Of a stretch of DNA of 64,000 nt, positions 10,589 through 21,150 are shown in pieces. Origin of the DNA: Sedimentisphaerales bacterium (lineage in GTDB: Bacteria; Planctomycetota; Phycisphaerae; Sedimentisphaerales; SM23-30). The stretch covers positions 64,001 to 128,000 of the forward strand of contig CAXXFK010000001.1 of the NCBI GenBank assembly GCA_963663965.2. Reading direction: 5' to 3'. The stretch's first letter is position 1. Each line of letters opens with the position of its first letter. Under the pieces are notes generated by a model. That model was given only the letters and a program-made list of their open reading frames with translations, had not been told where the DNA came from and made no database searches. A program made the position numbers and the translations under genes.

Positions 10589-11266
10589 ATGAAACAGGAC
10601 ACAACAAATAAGTGCAAAACTCAGGTGCTTATCGTCGACGACCATCCGGTAGTGCGAGATGGGCTCTCTACCATTATCAACCACGAACTGGACATGACTG
10701 TCTGCGGCGAGGCCGATGATGCTTGTCAGGCCCTTAAGGCCACCGCGGTATTGAAACCAGACATCGTTATTGTAGATATTTCTCTCAAAAGTTCGGATGG
10801 AATCGACCTGACCAAGAGCCTGAAAGCGGCATATCCGCAAGTCTATGTTATCGTTCTATCGGTTCATGACGAATCGATGTACGCCGAACGGGCCTTGTTG
10901 GCCGGGGCGCAAGCCTATCTCATGAAGGATACTGTCACAAATAATATTATCAAGGCCATTCGGACCGTCTTGAGCGGGGAAATCTATGTCAGTGACGCTA
11001 TTTCAAGAAAGTTTCTTCATACCATTGCACAGGACAAAGCCGGAATAACCAAAACACCGATCGAAAACCTCAGTGACCGGGAATTTGAAGTGTTCCGCTT
11101 GATTGGAGAAGGGTACAAGGCTTCCAGGATTGCCGAAATACTTTATCTGAGCCCGAAAACCGTCGAGACGTATCGCGCGCGGATTAAAGACAAACTGAAT
11201 TTACGCAATGCCGCCGAACTTTTACGCTATGCCATCAAATGGGCCAAAAGTCAGGATGCCAAATAA
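10589..11266 (+). CDS. NarL/LuxR-family response regulator
   Basis: IVDDHPVVR receiver and LSDREFEVF...KTVETYR HTH. Start moved to ATG 10589 to avoid overlap with the kinase. Confidence 0.93.
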   Translation: MKQDTTNKCKTQVLIVDDHPVVRDGLSTIINHELDMTVCGEADDACQALKATAVLKPDIVIVDISLKSSDGIDLTKSLKAAYPQVYVIVLSVHDESMYAERALLAGAQAYLMKDTVTNNIIKAIRTVLSGEIYVSDAISRKFLHTIAQDKAGITKTPIENLSDREFEVFRLIGEGYKASRIAEILYLSPKTVETYRARIKDKLNLRNAAELLRYAIKWAKSQDAK

Positions 11267-11842
11267 TTTCGTTATGACTGGCAATCCTCCAGTGCATACA
11301 TTACCAGCCTGGCGACCACCCTCTTTATTCAGGATTCTATCATTTTTTCACTACACATCGGTCAGTAAAATCACCGACAGTAAAGATCGGCGTTCCCCTG
11401 ATTCCATTCTGTCGAATTTGTGCTATGATCAATAACAGACGTTGCAAAGGATTCCCGATTGTATCAGAATGGCTGAGGGAATAAGGAACCTAAGAATGAT
11501 AATGGCAATGGCTTCAAGCGGCATACAATGGGACGATCTTTTTGATAAAATACCGGTGGCCCTTCCTTACTGGAAGGTGGTCCCGAATATGAAGCGGACA
11601 GGAATGTGGCCTGTCTTAAGAACGGAGAATAGATGGATTAAGAATGATGCCGGGAAAGGCTGGCACGATGGGGGAACCGTGAAACGTTCTGTCGATACCC
11701 TTTCACCAGAACGGTCACTTGGGATCAACGGCCTTTTTTAGTCACCCGCGGAATGAGATCTTAAGGATCGATGATTATGAATGCTCTGATTCCGCGCGCG
11801 CTAAACCAAAATTACTTACCAAAATAGAAGGAGAGAAATCTT

Positions 11843-12337
11843 TTGAAGAAAAACGTTAAACCTGACAGTGAAAGTATCGCCAGAACGAAGATCCTTATTG
11901 TAGATGACCATCCGGTCATATGCGAAGGGCTAACCCAGATTATCAATCGGGAACCGGACCTCTGGGTATGTGCGGAGGCCGGGAATATGGAAGAGGCAAC
12001 TAATGCGGCCAGAATGCAGCATTTCGACCTGGCCCTGGTCGATATCCTCCTCGATAGTATTACCGGAATTCAAGTCATCGAGAAATTAAAAACGATAAAT
12101 CCGGATATCGTTGCTCTGGTCTTTTCTGTCAGCGACAGCTCTCAATACCTGAAACAGGCGATCAAAGTGGGAGCCAGGGGATATATTACCAAAGATGAGA
12201 TATCTGATGATATTATCATCGCTATTCGCCGACTCCTCCAAGGCCATCTTCATATCAGCAAGAAACTCCTGAACAATATCACCAAACAAGAACGCGCTTG
12301 GCTTCAAGCCGGTAATATCCAGGATTATTGCGCCTGA
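11843..12337 (+). CDS. NarL-type receiver-only response regulator
   Basis: IVDDHPVI, LVDI and GYITK are present. The protein ends where the HTH would begin. AGGAG RBS with a TTG start. Confidence 0.85.
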   Translation: MKKNVKPDSESIARTKILIVDDHPVICEGLTQIINREPDLWVCAEAGNMEEATNAARMQHFDLALVDILLDSITGIQVIEKLKTINPDIVALVFSVSDSSQYLKQAIKVGARGYITKDEISDDIIIAIRRLLQGHLHISKKLLNNITKQERAWLQAGNIQDYCA

Positions 12338-12635
12338 AACCGAATACAAGAAAGTTGACAGCCGGACCAATCAAACAAAAAACAGCCACAAATCCTTAAT
12401 ATCCAACACATTACCGAGCTGGCCGCATTTTTGGATCCACAACCGCATCCCGGCCATTCCATCTTCACCCTAGATACTCCTCCACAAACAGGCCGCTGCC
12501 GCACCGTCACCGCCCGGCCTCGGTTATCTGTCTCGGGTGCCACCGGACAAGCGCAGCTTGCCGGTGTTCGGACGCATCTTCCCTCATCATAGCACAAATT
12601 CCACTAAAAACATAAACATCAAATTCCGCACATCT

Positions 12636-12850
12636 GAGGCCTCAAAGGCCGCCAGTAACTAGCCGGTGCCGTCAGGTTCCGGAACGCAGGGTCAATGGCA
12701 TTCGTAAGGCCCAAAGGGCCGACAGAATATTTTAATCAAATCGATCATCCCTAACAACCTCCTTTCGCCCCTTCGGGACTCCGTTTTCTTTCGCCATCCT
12801 ATCCCGAGGCCTCACGGCCACGGCTAAACACTCCCGACCCTTCGGGCCTC
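12636..12850. repeat. REPIN-like compound inverted repeat (about 215 bp)
   Basis: GAGGCCTCAAAGGCC..TAGCCG..GGCCCAAAGGGCCGACAG is mirrored by CTTTCGCCCCTTCGGGAC..CGGCTA..GACCCTTCGGGCCTC. Confidence 0.7.
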
Positions 12851-13038
12851 ACTAATGCCAATGACACTCTCGCAACTATTGCCGCCAGCCCTGTTGACTA
12901 ACGAAGGATTGCTCTCGAAATAAAACCTGATCGGTTCCTGACCCCTTAAAATTCCCTCGCTACAGTCACATTATTATTACTATTAATATCTCAAGAATAT
13001 TTTACCTGTAGGACCAACATGACGAAGAGGCTTTAATA

Positions 13039-13299
13039 TTATAAATCTTCTCGGGGGTTCATAACAAAACCACCGAACAAACCTAGAACCGTCGCTCCGA
13101 TTGCTAGGTATAAAACAGTCTCCCGATTCATCAATGAAATCAATCCATATACAGTGATAGCCGAAAGAAGACCAAAACACCCCATAACGCGAATGCCCTG
13201 CGCATCACCACGGAGCCCTGCTATGCCGGAGGCGACTGCTAGAGTATGCACAATCACAAAAGCAATGGCTAATAAAATATACATTTTTGAGTCCTCCAT
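13039..13299 (-). CDS. Small hypothetical membrane protein (3 TM)
   Basis: 86-aa ORF with an ATG start and three hydrophobic segments, in an AT-rich context. Confidence 0.5.
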   Translation of the reverse strand: MEDSKMYILLAIAFVIVHTLAVASGIAGLRGDAQGIRVMGCFGLLSAITVYGLISLMNRETVLYLAIGATVLGLFGGFVMNPREDL

Positions 13300-13453
13300 T
13301 TAATAACTGACTAATAGAAATTTCACGCTTGGTCAATCTTAACTCTATTCGGATTAATCAAAATTTTACCATAAATATTATAACTTAACAATCGTGAAGA
13401 TATAAAGAGATATTAAAGTAACATAGTTATTGTCTCATATTTTAATGCAACTC

Positions 13454-13524
13454 GACCTATAATACCATAATCAACCAAACAGTCCTCAAATCTACCAGCC
13501 ACATCCGCAGAGATCCTCTGCGCA
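13454..13524. repeat. 71-bp direct repeat, copy 1
   Basis: Ungapped match of about 80% to 13922-13992. Ends in the CGCAGA-N5-TCTGCG hairpin. Confidence 0.85.
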
Positions 13525-13921
13525 AACGTCTGGGCACACTACATTCAAGTAAAGATTATAAATGCAGACCAAACCTTTTCCATTTCATTTTGAAACCTTA
13601 CCCCCAACTACCCAACAGGATTTGCCATCTATAAAGCTACCAACGAAATAGAAAATCACCAAAACGATACAACCTGATAGCCCAAACAAAAAAATCCCTA
13701 AGGACACAAAACCGCCAGAGTAAAAGATCCACCGCAACAGGAAAGGTCCGATAACATTATAACCCAATACTTTACTCGATTTCTGATGATGCCATCATCA
13801 ATTTTCAAATCTTATGCCAACGATAAATTAACATGGGCCACCATAAATCACGATGTTTAGTATTACTGTTTTGTTACATAATATAAATACATAATATTTA
13901 ATTTGACTATCACAAAAACCA

Positions 13922-13992
13922 GATCTATAATACCAAAGTTGACCAAACAGCCCCCAAACCACCCGGCCACGCCCGCAGAAATCCTCTGCGCA
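13922..13992. repeat. 71-bp direct repeat, copy 2
   Basis: Ungapped match of about 80% to 13454-13524. Confidence 0.85.
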
Positions 13993-14152
13993 TGGATTTA
14001 CCTCAAGTGGCGCCTTCAAGCGCAGCTTATGGGTGGATTCTTGGTATTGTGATAGTTGGGTACGAACCTGCCCCCACCCAATCCCGGCCAGACGGAATAA
14101 AACCATCCTCTCCAAGCCGAAGGCCCGCCTCAGGTGGGCGGATACCCAAAGC

Positions 14153-14296
14153 GGCCCAACGGGCCGGTATACAATAGCCCAAGGCAGAGCGAGTCCCGTA
14201 AAACGGGATGAGCGCCACCCTGGGTAACGAACATGATTTTAATATTTTTAACCCTCGCCTCCGAGGCATACCGCCAGGATTTCGCACCGGAGGCGA
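14153..14296. repeat. REP-like palindrome cluster (half REPIN)
   Basis: GGCCCAACGGGCC..TAGCCCAAGGC..CCCTGGG, followed by a TCGCCTCCG..CGGAGGCGA inverted pair. Confidence 0.55.
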
Positions 14297-14433
14297 AAGA
14301 TAAAACTACCATGAGCGCCGCAAACACCAACCCAAAACCAAACGAACCCAACGCAACCAAAAATCATCATAATTCAATACATAACAACAACTTAGAATAA
14401 TATCTTTTCGCTTCATCCCAGCAACCCCACCAA

Positions 14434-15450
14434 TCACCCCCCCTGCCGCCTGGCGGACAACCACAAAGCCGCCAACAACACCACCAGCAGAATAATCCAG
14501 ACCACCAGCGCCCGGCGGGTCATCAGCCGTGCCTGCGACTTATCCCACCAGCGTAACGGCTGAATCCCTTGCAGCAAAAAGGTCAGCACCCCGGCCAGAT
14601 TAACGCAGATCAGGTTGGCCCCCAGCAGCAACCCGGCCCCCAGCGCCTGCGCCCAGGCCCCACACCCAAGCAACAACCCGCATGTCACCAGCGGCGGCAT
14701 CAAAGCTACCGCCACCATCACCCCAATCAAAGCGCTGGCCGTCGAAAGCGTAAAAGATAACGTCGCGGCACACCCCGCCGACAGCGCCAGCACCAGATCC
14801 AGCAATGACACCTCCGTACGACTCAAAATCTCCGTCGTATCGCAATGAATCGGAAACAACCACCCAATCAACGCCGCCACTATCAACGGCAAACTCAATC
14901 CCCAGACCAGCGTGATCCGGGCCCGCCGAAACAACTCGGCATCCCCCAGCGTCGCTGCCAGCGCCATGGCAACATTCGGCCCCAGCAAAGGCGCGATCAC
15001 CATGGCGCCAATTACCACCGCCGCGTTGTCACGTATCAGGCCGACCGTCGCCACAATGGATGACAAAGCCAGCATCATGACAAACGCAAAGCTCATCTTT
15101 CCGGCCTGCTCAATATCGGTATAGAGTTCCGCCCTGCTGATCCGGCCAAACCGGACTGCCTTCTTCTTTGCTTCGTTAGCAGTACTTTCAGGCTCCTCTT
15201 CCAGGCGCGGAATCGACGCCTCCACATTATACAGCAACGCTCGAAAGCCCTGAACAGAAAGGAATTTCTTCTCCAGTTCGTCCAATACCCCTTCCGTATG
15301 CTCCACTTTCATGAGCATTTTAATATGAACTTCCGCGTCCCCGGCCGATTCCAACTGCAAAACCTGCACCGTACCGGATTCCTTAAGCGTATCCAGCACC
15401 TGCTGCTGATAATCCGCCTTGATATAAATTTCAATCAATCGTAACGCCAT
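14434..15450 (-). CDS. TIGR00341 / DUF389 membrane protein
   Basis: AVVIGAMVIAPLLGP and GVMVAVALMPP motifs, with multiple TM helices. Confidence 0.92.
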   Translation of the reverse strand: MALRLIEIYIKADYQQQVLDTLKESGTVQVLQLESAGDAEVHIKMLMKVEHTEGVLDELEKKFLSVQGFRALLYNVEASIPRLEEEPESTANEAKKKAVRFGRISRAELYTDIEQAGKMSFAFVMMLALSSIVATVGLIRDNAAVVIGAMVIAPLLGPNVAMALAATLGDAELFRRARITLVWGLSLPLIVAALIGWLFPIHCDTTEILSRTEVSLLDLVLALSAGCAATLSFTLSTASALIGVMVAVALMPPLVTCGLLLGCGAWAQALGAGLLLGANLICVNLAGVLTFLLQGIQPLRWWDKSQARLMTRRALVVWIILLVVLLAALWLSARRQGG

Positions 15451-15555
15451 AGTCTGCTCAATACTACTATCGGAGCCGTTATTCCTTCTTGCTTATTCTA
15501 AGGATATCTGCCCCATTGTCAAACAGACGCTGGCAAATGCCGACAAAAAATTAAA

Positions 15556-15585
15556 GGGACCTCTAAATTGGGTTTTAGAGGTCCC
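15556..15585 (-). terminator. Intrinsic terminator
   Basis: GGGACCTCTAAA-N6-TTTAGAGGTCCC with an A run on the + strand (U tail on the - strand). Confidence 0.8.
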
Positions 15586-15592
15586 CTGATTA

Positions 15593-15979
15593 TTATCTCT
15601 CGATAACCTTAATATCCACACTGCCCTCAAAGGTGGTACCATCTTTCAATTCCCCCGCCAGGGTCATGGTATTATACCCATCAATAACAAGCCCATCCAA
15701 CCCCTTGATATCTTCTATCTCAAACTTGGCCACAAAGTTTCCACGATTATCCGATTTCCAATAATAGATCTCAACATCATTCAAGGTAACCGTCGCCCCC
15801 GCTACCAGACTATAACCAATGTCAGTATGCACAGTTACCACTTCGCCCTGGTTATTCAGATTCAACACCTTGGGCGCGACCTCAATTACAATCGTCCTGT
15901 CCGCCGCCCAGAGCCACCCCGTAACCAGAGTCAGCAGAATAACAACACACAAAACCGATTTAAGTACATTTTTCTTCAT
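15593..15979 (-). CDS. Small secreted beta-rich protein
   Basis: AGGAG RBS and an MKKNVLK...WA signal peptide. Confidence 0.75.
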   Translation of the reverse strand: MKKNVLKSVLCVVILLTLVTGWLWAADRTIVIEVAPKVLNLNNQGEVVTVHTDIGYSLVAGATVTLNDVEIYYWKSDNRGNFVAKFEIEDIKGLDGLVIDGYNTMTLAGELKDGTTFEGSVDIKVIER

Positions 15980-16185
15980 CACAAAGCTCCTTAGTAATGG
16001 TTCCTTGATAATTATAACACACAACGTGAAGTGACCGATCGAACAGAGTTAGTAACGTTTTTTTTTGAAAAGAAATGATTTTTCTGAAGAGAATTCCCCT
16101 GTCAACACCTCCACGCGGAACCATACCTGTTCATTGGCAATGAGAATCATAATGCCCCGAAACGCATCAAATCACTCCCAGACGC

Positions 16186-16893
16186 TCACATCTTCACATT
16201 CAGATACCTTTCCCAGAATTGCTCGAAATCCTCAGGTTCAGCCGAAACATGCCCATCCAGCCAGACCATATTGGACTTGCCGTAAAATCGTCCGCGGCAG
16301 ATACGATGCCAGCGTGTCCGGGTTGGATCCGGCAACAACGCCGGATCGATAGCCGGATAAAAATTAAGATACTTCAGCACTACCCATTTTTCATGACACA
16401 TAAAATGGTTGGTGGTCGTCGGTTCCTTAATCATGTCCAGTTTGATACCCTGCGCCGTTTTAAAATCATCCTGGCGCTGATTCCCGCCTGTCATTGAATC
16501 TCTCAGCAACTCACCATTGATACCATAAGAGATGATATCCGGAGGATTACTCCCAAAAAAATCGATTTTAGTCGCCAGGGGACAGGCATAAAGGTTGTTT
16601 CTCTGTTGATCTGTAAATGTTGCCGACGGACTATACGCGTTGGGTAATCTGACATGAGTGATTCGAGCCAGTTCTTCATTTTCATACCAATTAGCCGGTA
16701 CGGAACGCTGATCATGTTCTTCCGCCCAGGTCCAGGCCGCAATCCCCAATTGCTTAAGATTGCTCAAATCTTGAACATTCCTGGCCTGCTGGCGTGCCTG
16801 GCTCAACGCCGGCATCAAAATAGCTATGAGCAGAGCGATAATGGCAATGACTATCAGTAATTCAACCTGGGAAAACGCTCGGCTATTTCTCAT
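16186..16893 (-). CDS. Prepilin-type N-methylation / H-X9-DG (DUF1559-like) protein
   Basis: [51 protein letters not shown]. Start overlaps the ECF stop codon. Confidence 0.88.
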   Translation of the reverse strand: MRNSRAFSQVELLIVIAIIALLIAILMPALSQARQQARNVQDLSNLKQLGIAAWTWAEEHDQRSVPANWYENEELARITHVRLPNAYSPSATFTDQQRNNLYACPLATKIDFFGSNPPDIISYGINGELLRDSMTGGNQRQDDFKTAQGIKLDMIKEPTTTNHFMCHEKWVVLKYLNFYPAIDPALLPDPTRTRWHRICRGRFYGKSNMVWLDGHVSAEPEDFEQFWERYLNVKM

Positions 16894-18148
16894 GGTCACC
16901 CCCTTGAACAACGGCGATACGTGCCTGAATCTGTTGCAGTTCAAAACCATTATTCTTCCCGTTTGCGGAATTAACCAGTTTGATGCGATCTGGCTCAAAA
17001 TCTTGCGGGGCATTCGCCAGATCAATTCGACAGGTAATGGGATAATTGAAAATCACCCCCTTTTGTCCGGCATCAACTTTCGGCGTTCGTGCCTGACCAA
17101 TCCAATGCTCATGCCCCAGGGAATCGCCGGCATAAACCTCAACACACTCACCATCCGGTCCCAGTTCGGTAATAAACAAATCGGCGCCCGTTCCATCGAT
17201 CAATTTCCCCGGAAAAATAAATTCAACTTCTTCACCCGCTTCGATAACATAATCCAGGCGTTCAAATCCCTGTTCGGTATATTGACGGTTCAAACGGACC
17301 AGCCAGTCGGCAGTCGCGCCCTGTGCCACAAATTCAATCGGACATGAAACGCGCGTCTCACATAGGTTACCCGAAATCAGCCGGCTAAAATGATTCGATA
17401 CGGCCCGCCAGGGCAACGCCACTAACACGATCAGTGTAGCCACCGCCAGATAAGACACTCCAGATCCGGCCATTGTTATCAACGGGGATACCGTTAACAA
17501 TCGCCCCGTAACAACCGGCACGACAGCCTGCCCCGAAGCCTGAGCCGAAAGTTTTCCAAAAAGCAATAATGCCGGCGCCAGCATACTCTTATTAAAACCT
17601 CGCCCGGTCAGTTTCTTTTTCAAGGCCTGTTTGGCGCGATGAAACAAAACCTTGGCGGCCAGTGGTGAGCATGATAGAATCTGACCAATCTCTTCATACG
17701 AAAAGCCCTGATACACCCTCAATACCAGGATATGCCGATAGGATTCCTTCAACCCGGCCATGGCCCGGGTAATCGCTTCGGCCAGTTCCGTTTCCAGCAG
17801 ATGGGTCAATCCTTCGACAGTATTGGGGCTCGCATAATCATCCGGATTGGCTCCCGCGTCAATTTCAATTTTCTTTTGCTGCCTGAAATAATGCTGGACC
17901 TGCCCCCACGCCGTACGATACAGCCAGCTTCGAAATTTTTCCGGCTGGCGAATCGTATGAATTAACTCAAACACCTTTAACAAGGTATCCTGAATAATAT
18001 CTTCAGCAAGTTCCCGGTTGAATAACATTCGATAGACATAGGGTCCAATATCACTGCGAACTTTCCGTGCAAGCAGATCCCGGCCGGCGCTCCCGCCATT
18101 CCGGCATTCCAGGATAAGCTGCGGATAATTGTATTCACCAAAGATCAT
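16883..18148 (-). CDS. ECF sigma factor with TM helix and extracytoplasmic C-terminal domain
   Basis: [15 protein letters not shown] and [11 protein letters not shown], then a hydrophobic helix and a tail of about 170 aa. Confidence 0.9.
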   Translation of the reverse strand: MIFGEYNYPQLILECRNGGSAGRDLLARKVRSDIGPYVYRMLFNRELAEDIIQDTLLKVFELIHTIRQPEKFRSWLYRTAWGQVQHYFRQQKKIEIDAGANPDDYASPNTVEGLTHLLETELAEAITRAMAGLKESYRHILVLRVYQGFSYEEIGQILSCSPLAAKVLFHRAKQALKKKLTGRGFNKSMLAPALLLFGKLSAQASGQAVVPVVTGRLLTVSPLITMAGSGVSYLAVATLIVLVALPWRAVSNHFSRLISGNLCETRVSCPIEFVAQGATADWLVRLNRQYTEQGFERLDYVIEAGEEVEFIFPGKLIDGTGADLFITELGPDGECVEVYAGDSLGHEHWIGQARTPKVDAGQKGVIFNYPITCRIDLANAPQDFEPDRIKLVNSANGKNNGFELQQIQARIAVVQGGDHEK

Positions 18149-18456
18149 ACTGTTTCCGAAATTAAATTCTGCTATCCATATCAATAAGGTGCAATATCCC
18201 GGAAAACGTTACACAAAAAATGTATCCTGACAGAAAATTCGTCAATGCGATTCCTCAAAAGCCCAAACTTATCAGACAATACAATTTATGAATAATGGAG
18301 AAACACAATGGTTACTCCGCTGAGATTCCCTGAGCGTTTAAAGAATTGATAACCTGCCACATTGTTCCAATCATCCAAAACGGCCACCTTTTTTAGGCAA
18401 AGACAAGTCCTCTTCCCTGTTATTATATCATTTATGGAAATGGGTATTCAATAAAA

Positions 18457-18478
18457 AAGGCAAGCCTGAGCTTGCCTT
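18457..18478 (-). terminator. Intrinsic terminator of the OmpA-family gene
   Basis: AAGGCAAGC-CTGA-GCTTGCCTT preceded by an A run. Confidence 0.75.
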
Positions 18479-18506
18479 CGCAATTGTTTTTTTATTTCAG
18501 CGCTTT

Positions 18507-19325
18507 CTAAAGCGCCGGTTCGGTCGCAATGCTGCTTCCCGATGGCGTGGTACGACCTCCTAGATATAGCTGACCGGCCGGCACAATATAAAGATCCACA
18601 CGGCGATTTTCGGCAGTTCCACCTGGTTTATTGGGCACGATAGGTCGGAATTCACCAAATCCCATCACGGACATACGTTGCTCGCTCAAACCGGCTGTCG
18701 CCAGAACTTTTTCGACGGCAATGGCGCGATGAACCGAAAGATGCCAGTTAGTCGGATGCTTGGCAGCGGAATATTTGATCGGTTGATCATCTGTATGACC
18801 CACTATCAAAATATCAAAACCTTCCGCTGAGGCAGAATTCAAAATCGCGCTGAGAGCGGTAATCTGCTGTCGTGCCTTGGTTTGTACTTCATCGGAGCCA
18901 CTGGCAAATACCAGGTCGCTCTTAAAACGGACAATCCCGGTCTTTTCGTCAAACTCAACCAGATCCGATCCACTGGACTGGGCCCATTCTGCCAGTGCAT
19001 TACTCAGCGTGGTGGGCAATGCAGTGCTTCCAACCAGCCCTGACAGATGTTCCAGCTCGGCGCTTTTGGCATCGTAACCGGCTTGCAGCAATTCCAGCTT
19101 CTTACTACATCCCATTAACAACGTGTTGATATTGTCATGTTTGCTTTGCCACCGCTCCGCTTCGAGCCGATACCCTTCGCTCTGGTTTTTCATTTCGTCC
19201 AGACGCGCGTTGACGATCTCATTCTGGCGCCGACACTTATCGTATTGAGATTGGGTGACACACCCACCGGCCAATAAACTCATACCCACCAACAGAAGAA
19301 CACAGATAATCATTCCGCGTCTCAT
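18507..19325 (-). CDS. OmpA/MotB-domain lipoprotein with coiled coil
   Basis: LLAGGC lipobox, GHTDDQPI, NWHLSVHRA, ENRRVDL. AAGGAG RBS before ATG 19325. Confidence 0.9.
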   Translation of the reverse strand: MRRGMIICVLLLVGMSLLAGGCVTQSQYDKCRRQNEIVNARLDEMKNQSEGYRLEAERWQSKHDNINTLLMGCSKKLELLQAGYDAKSAELEHLSGLVGSTALPTTLSNALAEWAQSSGSDLVEFDEKTGIVRFKSDLVFASGSDEVQTKARQQITALSAILNSASAEGFDILIVGHTDDQPIKYSAAKHPTNWHLSVHRAIAVEKVLATAGLSEQRMSVMGFGEFRPIVPNKPGGTAENRRVDLYIVPAGQLYLGGRTTPSGSSIATEPAL

Positions 19326-19417
19326 TGTTATTTGCTCCTTTCGCGCATGACTATTTATAAATAAGGGACAGGGACGGCAGCAACCGTCCCCGATTTTGAA
19401 CGAAATTATCTTCGAAA

Positions 19418-20569
19418 TTATTTCTTGGCTTTTTTGACTTTCTTTTCTTTTACCGGCTTGGCCTTTTTCGTAGGCTTCGCTTTGCTCTTTGCTCCGGCAG
19501 GCTGCGGACTGCGGTGGGTAATAGCCAATCCGATCGCTAATACCAGGACCGTCAATACCCCTGCGCCTCCCGTAACAAACCATATCTTGCTGTTGATCGT
19601 CTTGATCAAAGAGGGCTGAATATCCAGTACACCGGCAATCATGACCATAGCGGCGTAAATAAGCATGATAAACGGTACGATCATGGCCGCACCAAACACG
19701 GCGCTGCTGTCATCGTAAACACGTACGACACGGACAGTCTCGGCCGGGCCGGCAGTGCTCGCGGCAACCAGAACTGATTGATCGGAGGATGTTACACTTT
19801 CAGATGTTTCAGTGCCGGTAGTCGTCTGCACTTCAAGACGGGATGGCTTGGGCTCTGACAGATCTTCGCCCGGCTCCGGATAGATTTCATCAAGCAGTTC
19901 AGCGCCCAGACTGGTATCATCGGCTTCCCGTGACAGGTCAAGCAACCCGCTGCCGCTGCCGCCGCCATCCAGATTGAGTTCATCGGCAAAATCCGGCTCT
20001 GGCATATCCCCGCCTACCAGTGGATCGCTCATCACCGCGCTGCCTGACTCGGAACTGGCTACTGATTCTTCGCCATGACTGGTAACAACCGTATCATCTT
20101 TCCCTTTTGAAAGTGCCGAATGATCATCCAGACTAACCTGGTCAGCGGTGTCCCCTGGCGCCAGACCAATGATCGAACCGGTTTCGGATGGGGCCAGACC
20201 AATGGCCGACCCGGTTTCTAGAGACATATCCTCAGCGGACAGGCTCATGTCCTGACCATCAGGTGACAATCCCAGTTGTGATCCTGTATCCATTGACGCC
20301 AGACCAATCTGAGAACCGGAATCTCCGGATAATCCTAATCCGGGTGAAGTCCCATCGAGGTTCAATTCTCCGCTGGCTCCCAGATCATCCGTGGGCGACA
20401 AATCCAGATCATCCACAGCCAGATTATCTACCTCATCAACTTTGAACATCAGCTTGTTGCCATCTCGAAACTCGCGTAACTTGCCATCCAGGACCATTTC
20501 TTTCACTTGGTCCTCAGTTTTCCCGAGCTTTTCAAGGACTTCTTCTTTGGTATAAAACATCTTAGCCAT
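19418..20569 (-). CDS. N-terminal HTH protein with acidic linker and two C-terminal TM helices
   Basis: FYTKEEVLEKLG...LREFRDG..LMFK excisionase-like HTH, a Ser/Asp-rich linker, 2 TM helices and a Lys-rich tail. Confidence 0.8.
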   Translation of the reverse strand: MAKMFYTKEEVLEKLGKTEDQVKEMVLDGKLREFRDGNKLMFKVDEVDNLAVDDLDLSPTDDLGASGELNLDGTSPGLGLSGDSGSQIGLASMDTGSQLGLSPDGQDMSLSAEDMSLETGSAIGLAPSETGSIIGLAPGDTADQVSLDDHSALSKGKDDTVVTSHGEESVASSESGSAVMSDPLVGGDMPEPDFADELNLDGGGSGSGLLDLSREADDTSLGAELLDEIYPEPGEDLSEPKPSRLEVQTTTGTETSESVTSSDQSVLVAASTAGPAETVRVVRVYDDSSAVFGAAMIVPFIMLIYAAMVMIAGVLDIQPSLIKTINSKIWFVTGGAGVLTVLVLAIGLAITHRSPQPAGAKSKAKPTKKAKPVKEKKVKKAKK

Positions 20570-20739
20570 GTCGTCGATCTCCAGTATTGAAAACACCCTT
20601 CGCTACGAAAGGTCATGCAGGGTTGGATTATAGCAGGAAAAAATGGGAAAACGCTAACTAAAATTTTTGTTTTAGCAAAAAGAACTTTGGTTTCTTAAGA
20701 TTTCTGGAATCGCCTCATTATCGGACTGAGGTCTGGATG

Positions 20740-21150
20740 CTATTGCTTCGTAACTTCCTCCTGAACCGCTTCTGCTGCCGATGATTGCTTCAGAATATTC
20801 CTGATATCTGTCGGGGTCGGTTCGGCACAGTTAAATTCATTCAAATCAAGATCTTGAGAATAGTTACGGGCCGCAACCAGTTGCAAACGAACATTTTGTG
20901 GCTTATAAACATTATAGGAGTATACACACATTGTCGATTTTTGCTTGTCAATCAAAACAAAACAGGATTGACCCTGTTCGCTAAACAACGGCATTGCAAT
21001 GAGTTGCGATTCTTCAGCGATTGCCTTTGGCATTGCGGTTACTACCTGGGCATTTGTACCCCGGTCGATCAATACCACCCCGATTCCCACTGCCAGACAT
21101 ATTGTCAAAAACCAGAAAGTATTTCGGGATAGATGTGCTACGGTAGGCAT
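20740..21150 (-). CDS. Hypothetical exported protein
   Basis: N-terminal TM/signal and an LVAARNY.QDL motif. Same strand, upstream of the HTH gene. Confidence 0.7.
   Translation of the reverse strand: MPTVAHLSRNTFWFLTICLAVGIGVVLIDRGTNAQVVTAMPKAIAEESQLIAMPLFSEQGQSCFVLIDKQKSTMCVYSYNVYKPQNVRLQLVAARNYSQDLDLNEFNCAEPTPTDIRNILKQSSAAEAVQEEVTKQ

Noticed and set aside
11442..11741. 99-aa ORF between the two response regulators
   Set aside because: TTG start, no clear RBS and no recognisable domain.
12900..14400. Integron cassette array
   Set aside because: No RYYYAAC...GTTRRRY attC structure was recognised and there is no integrase in the window.
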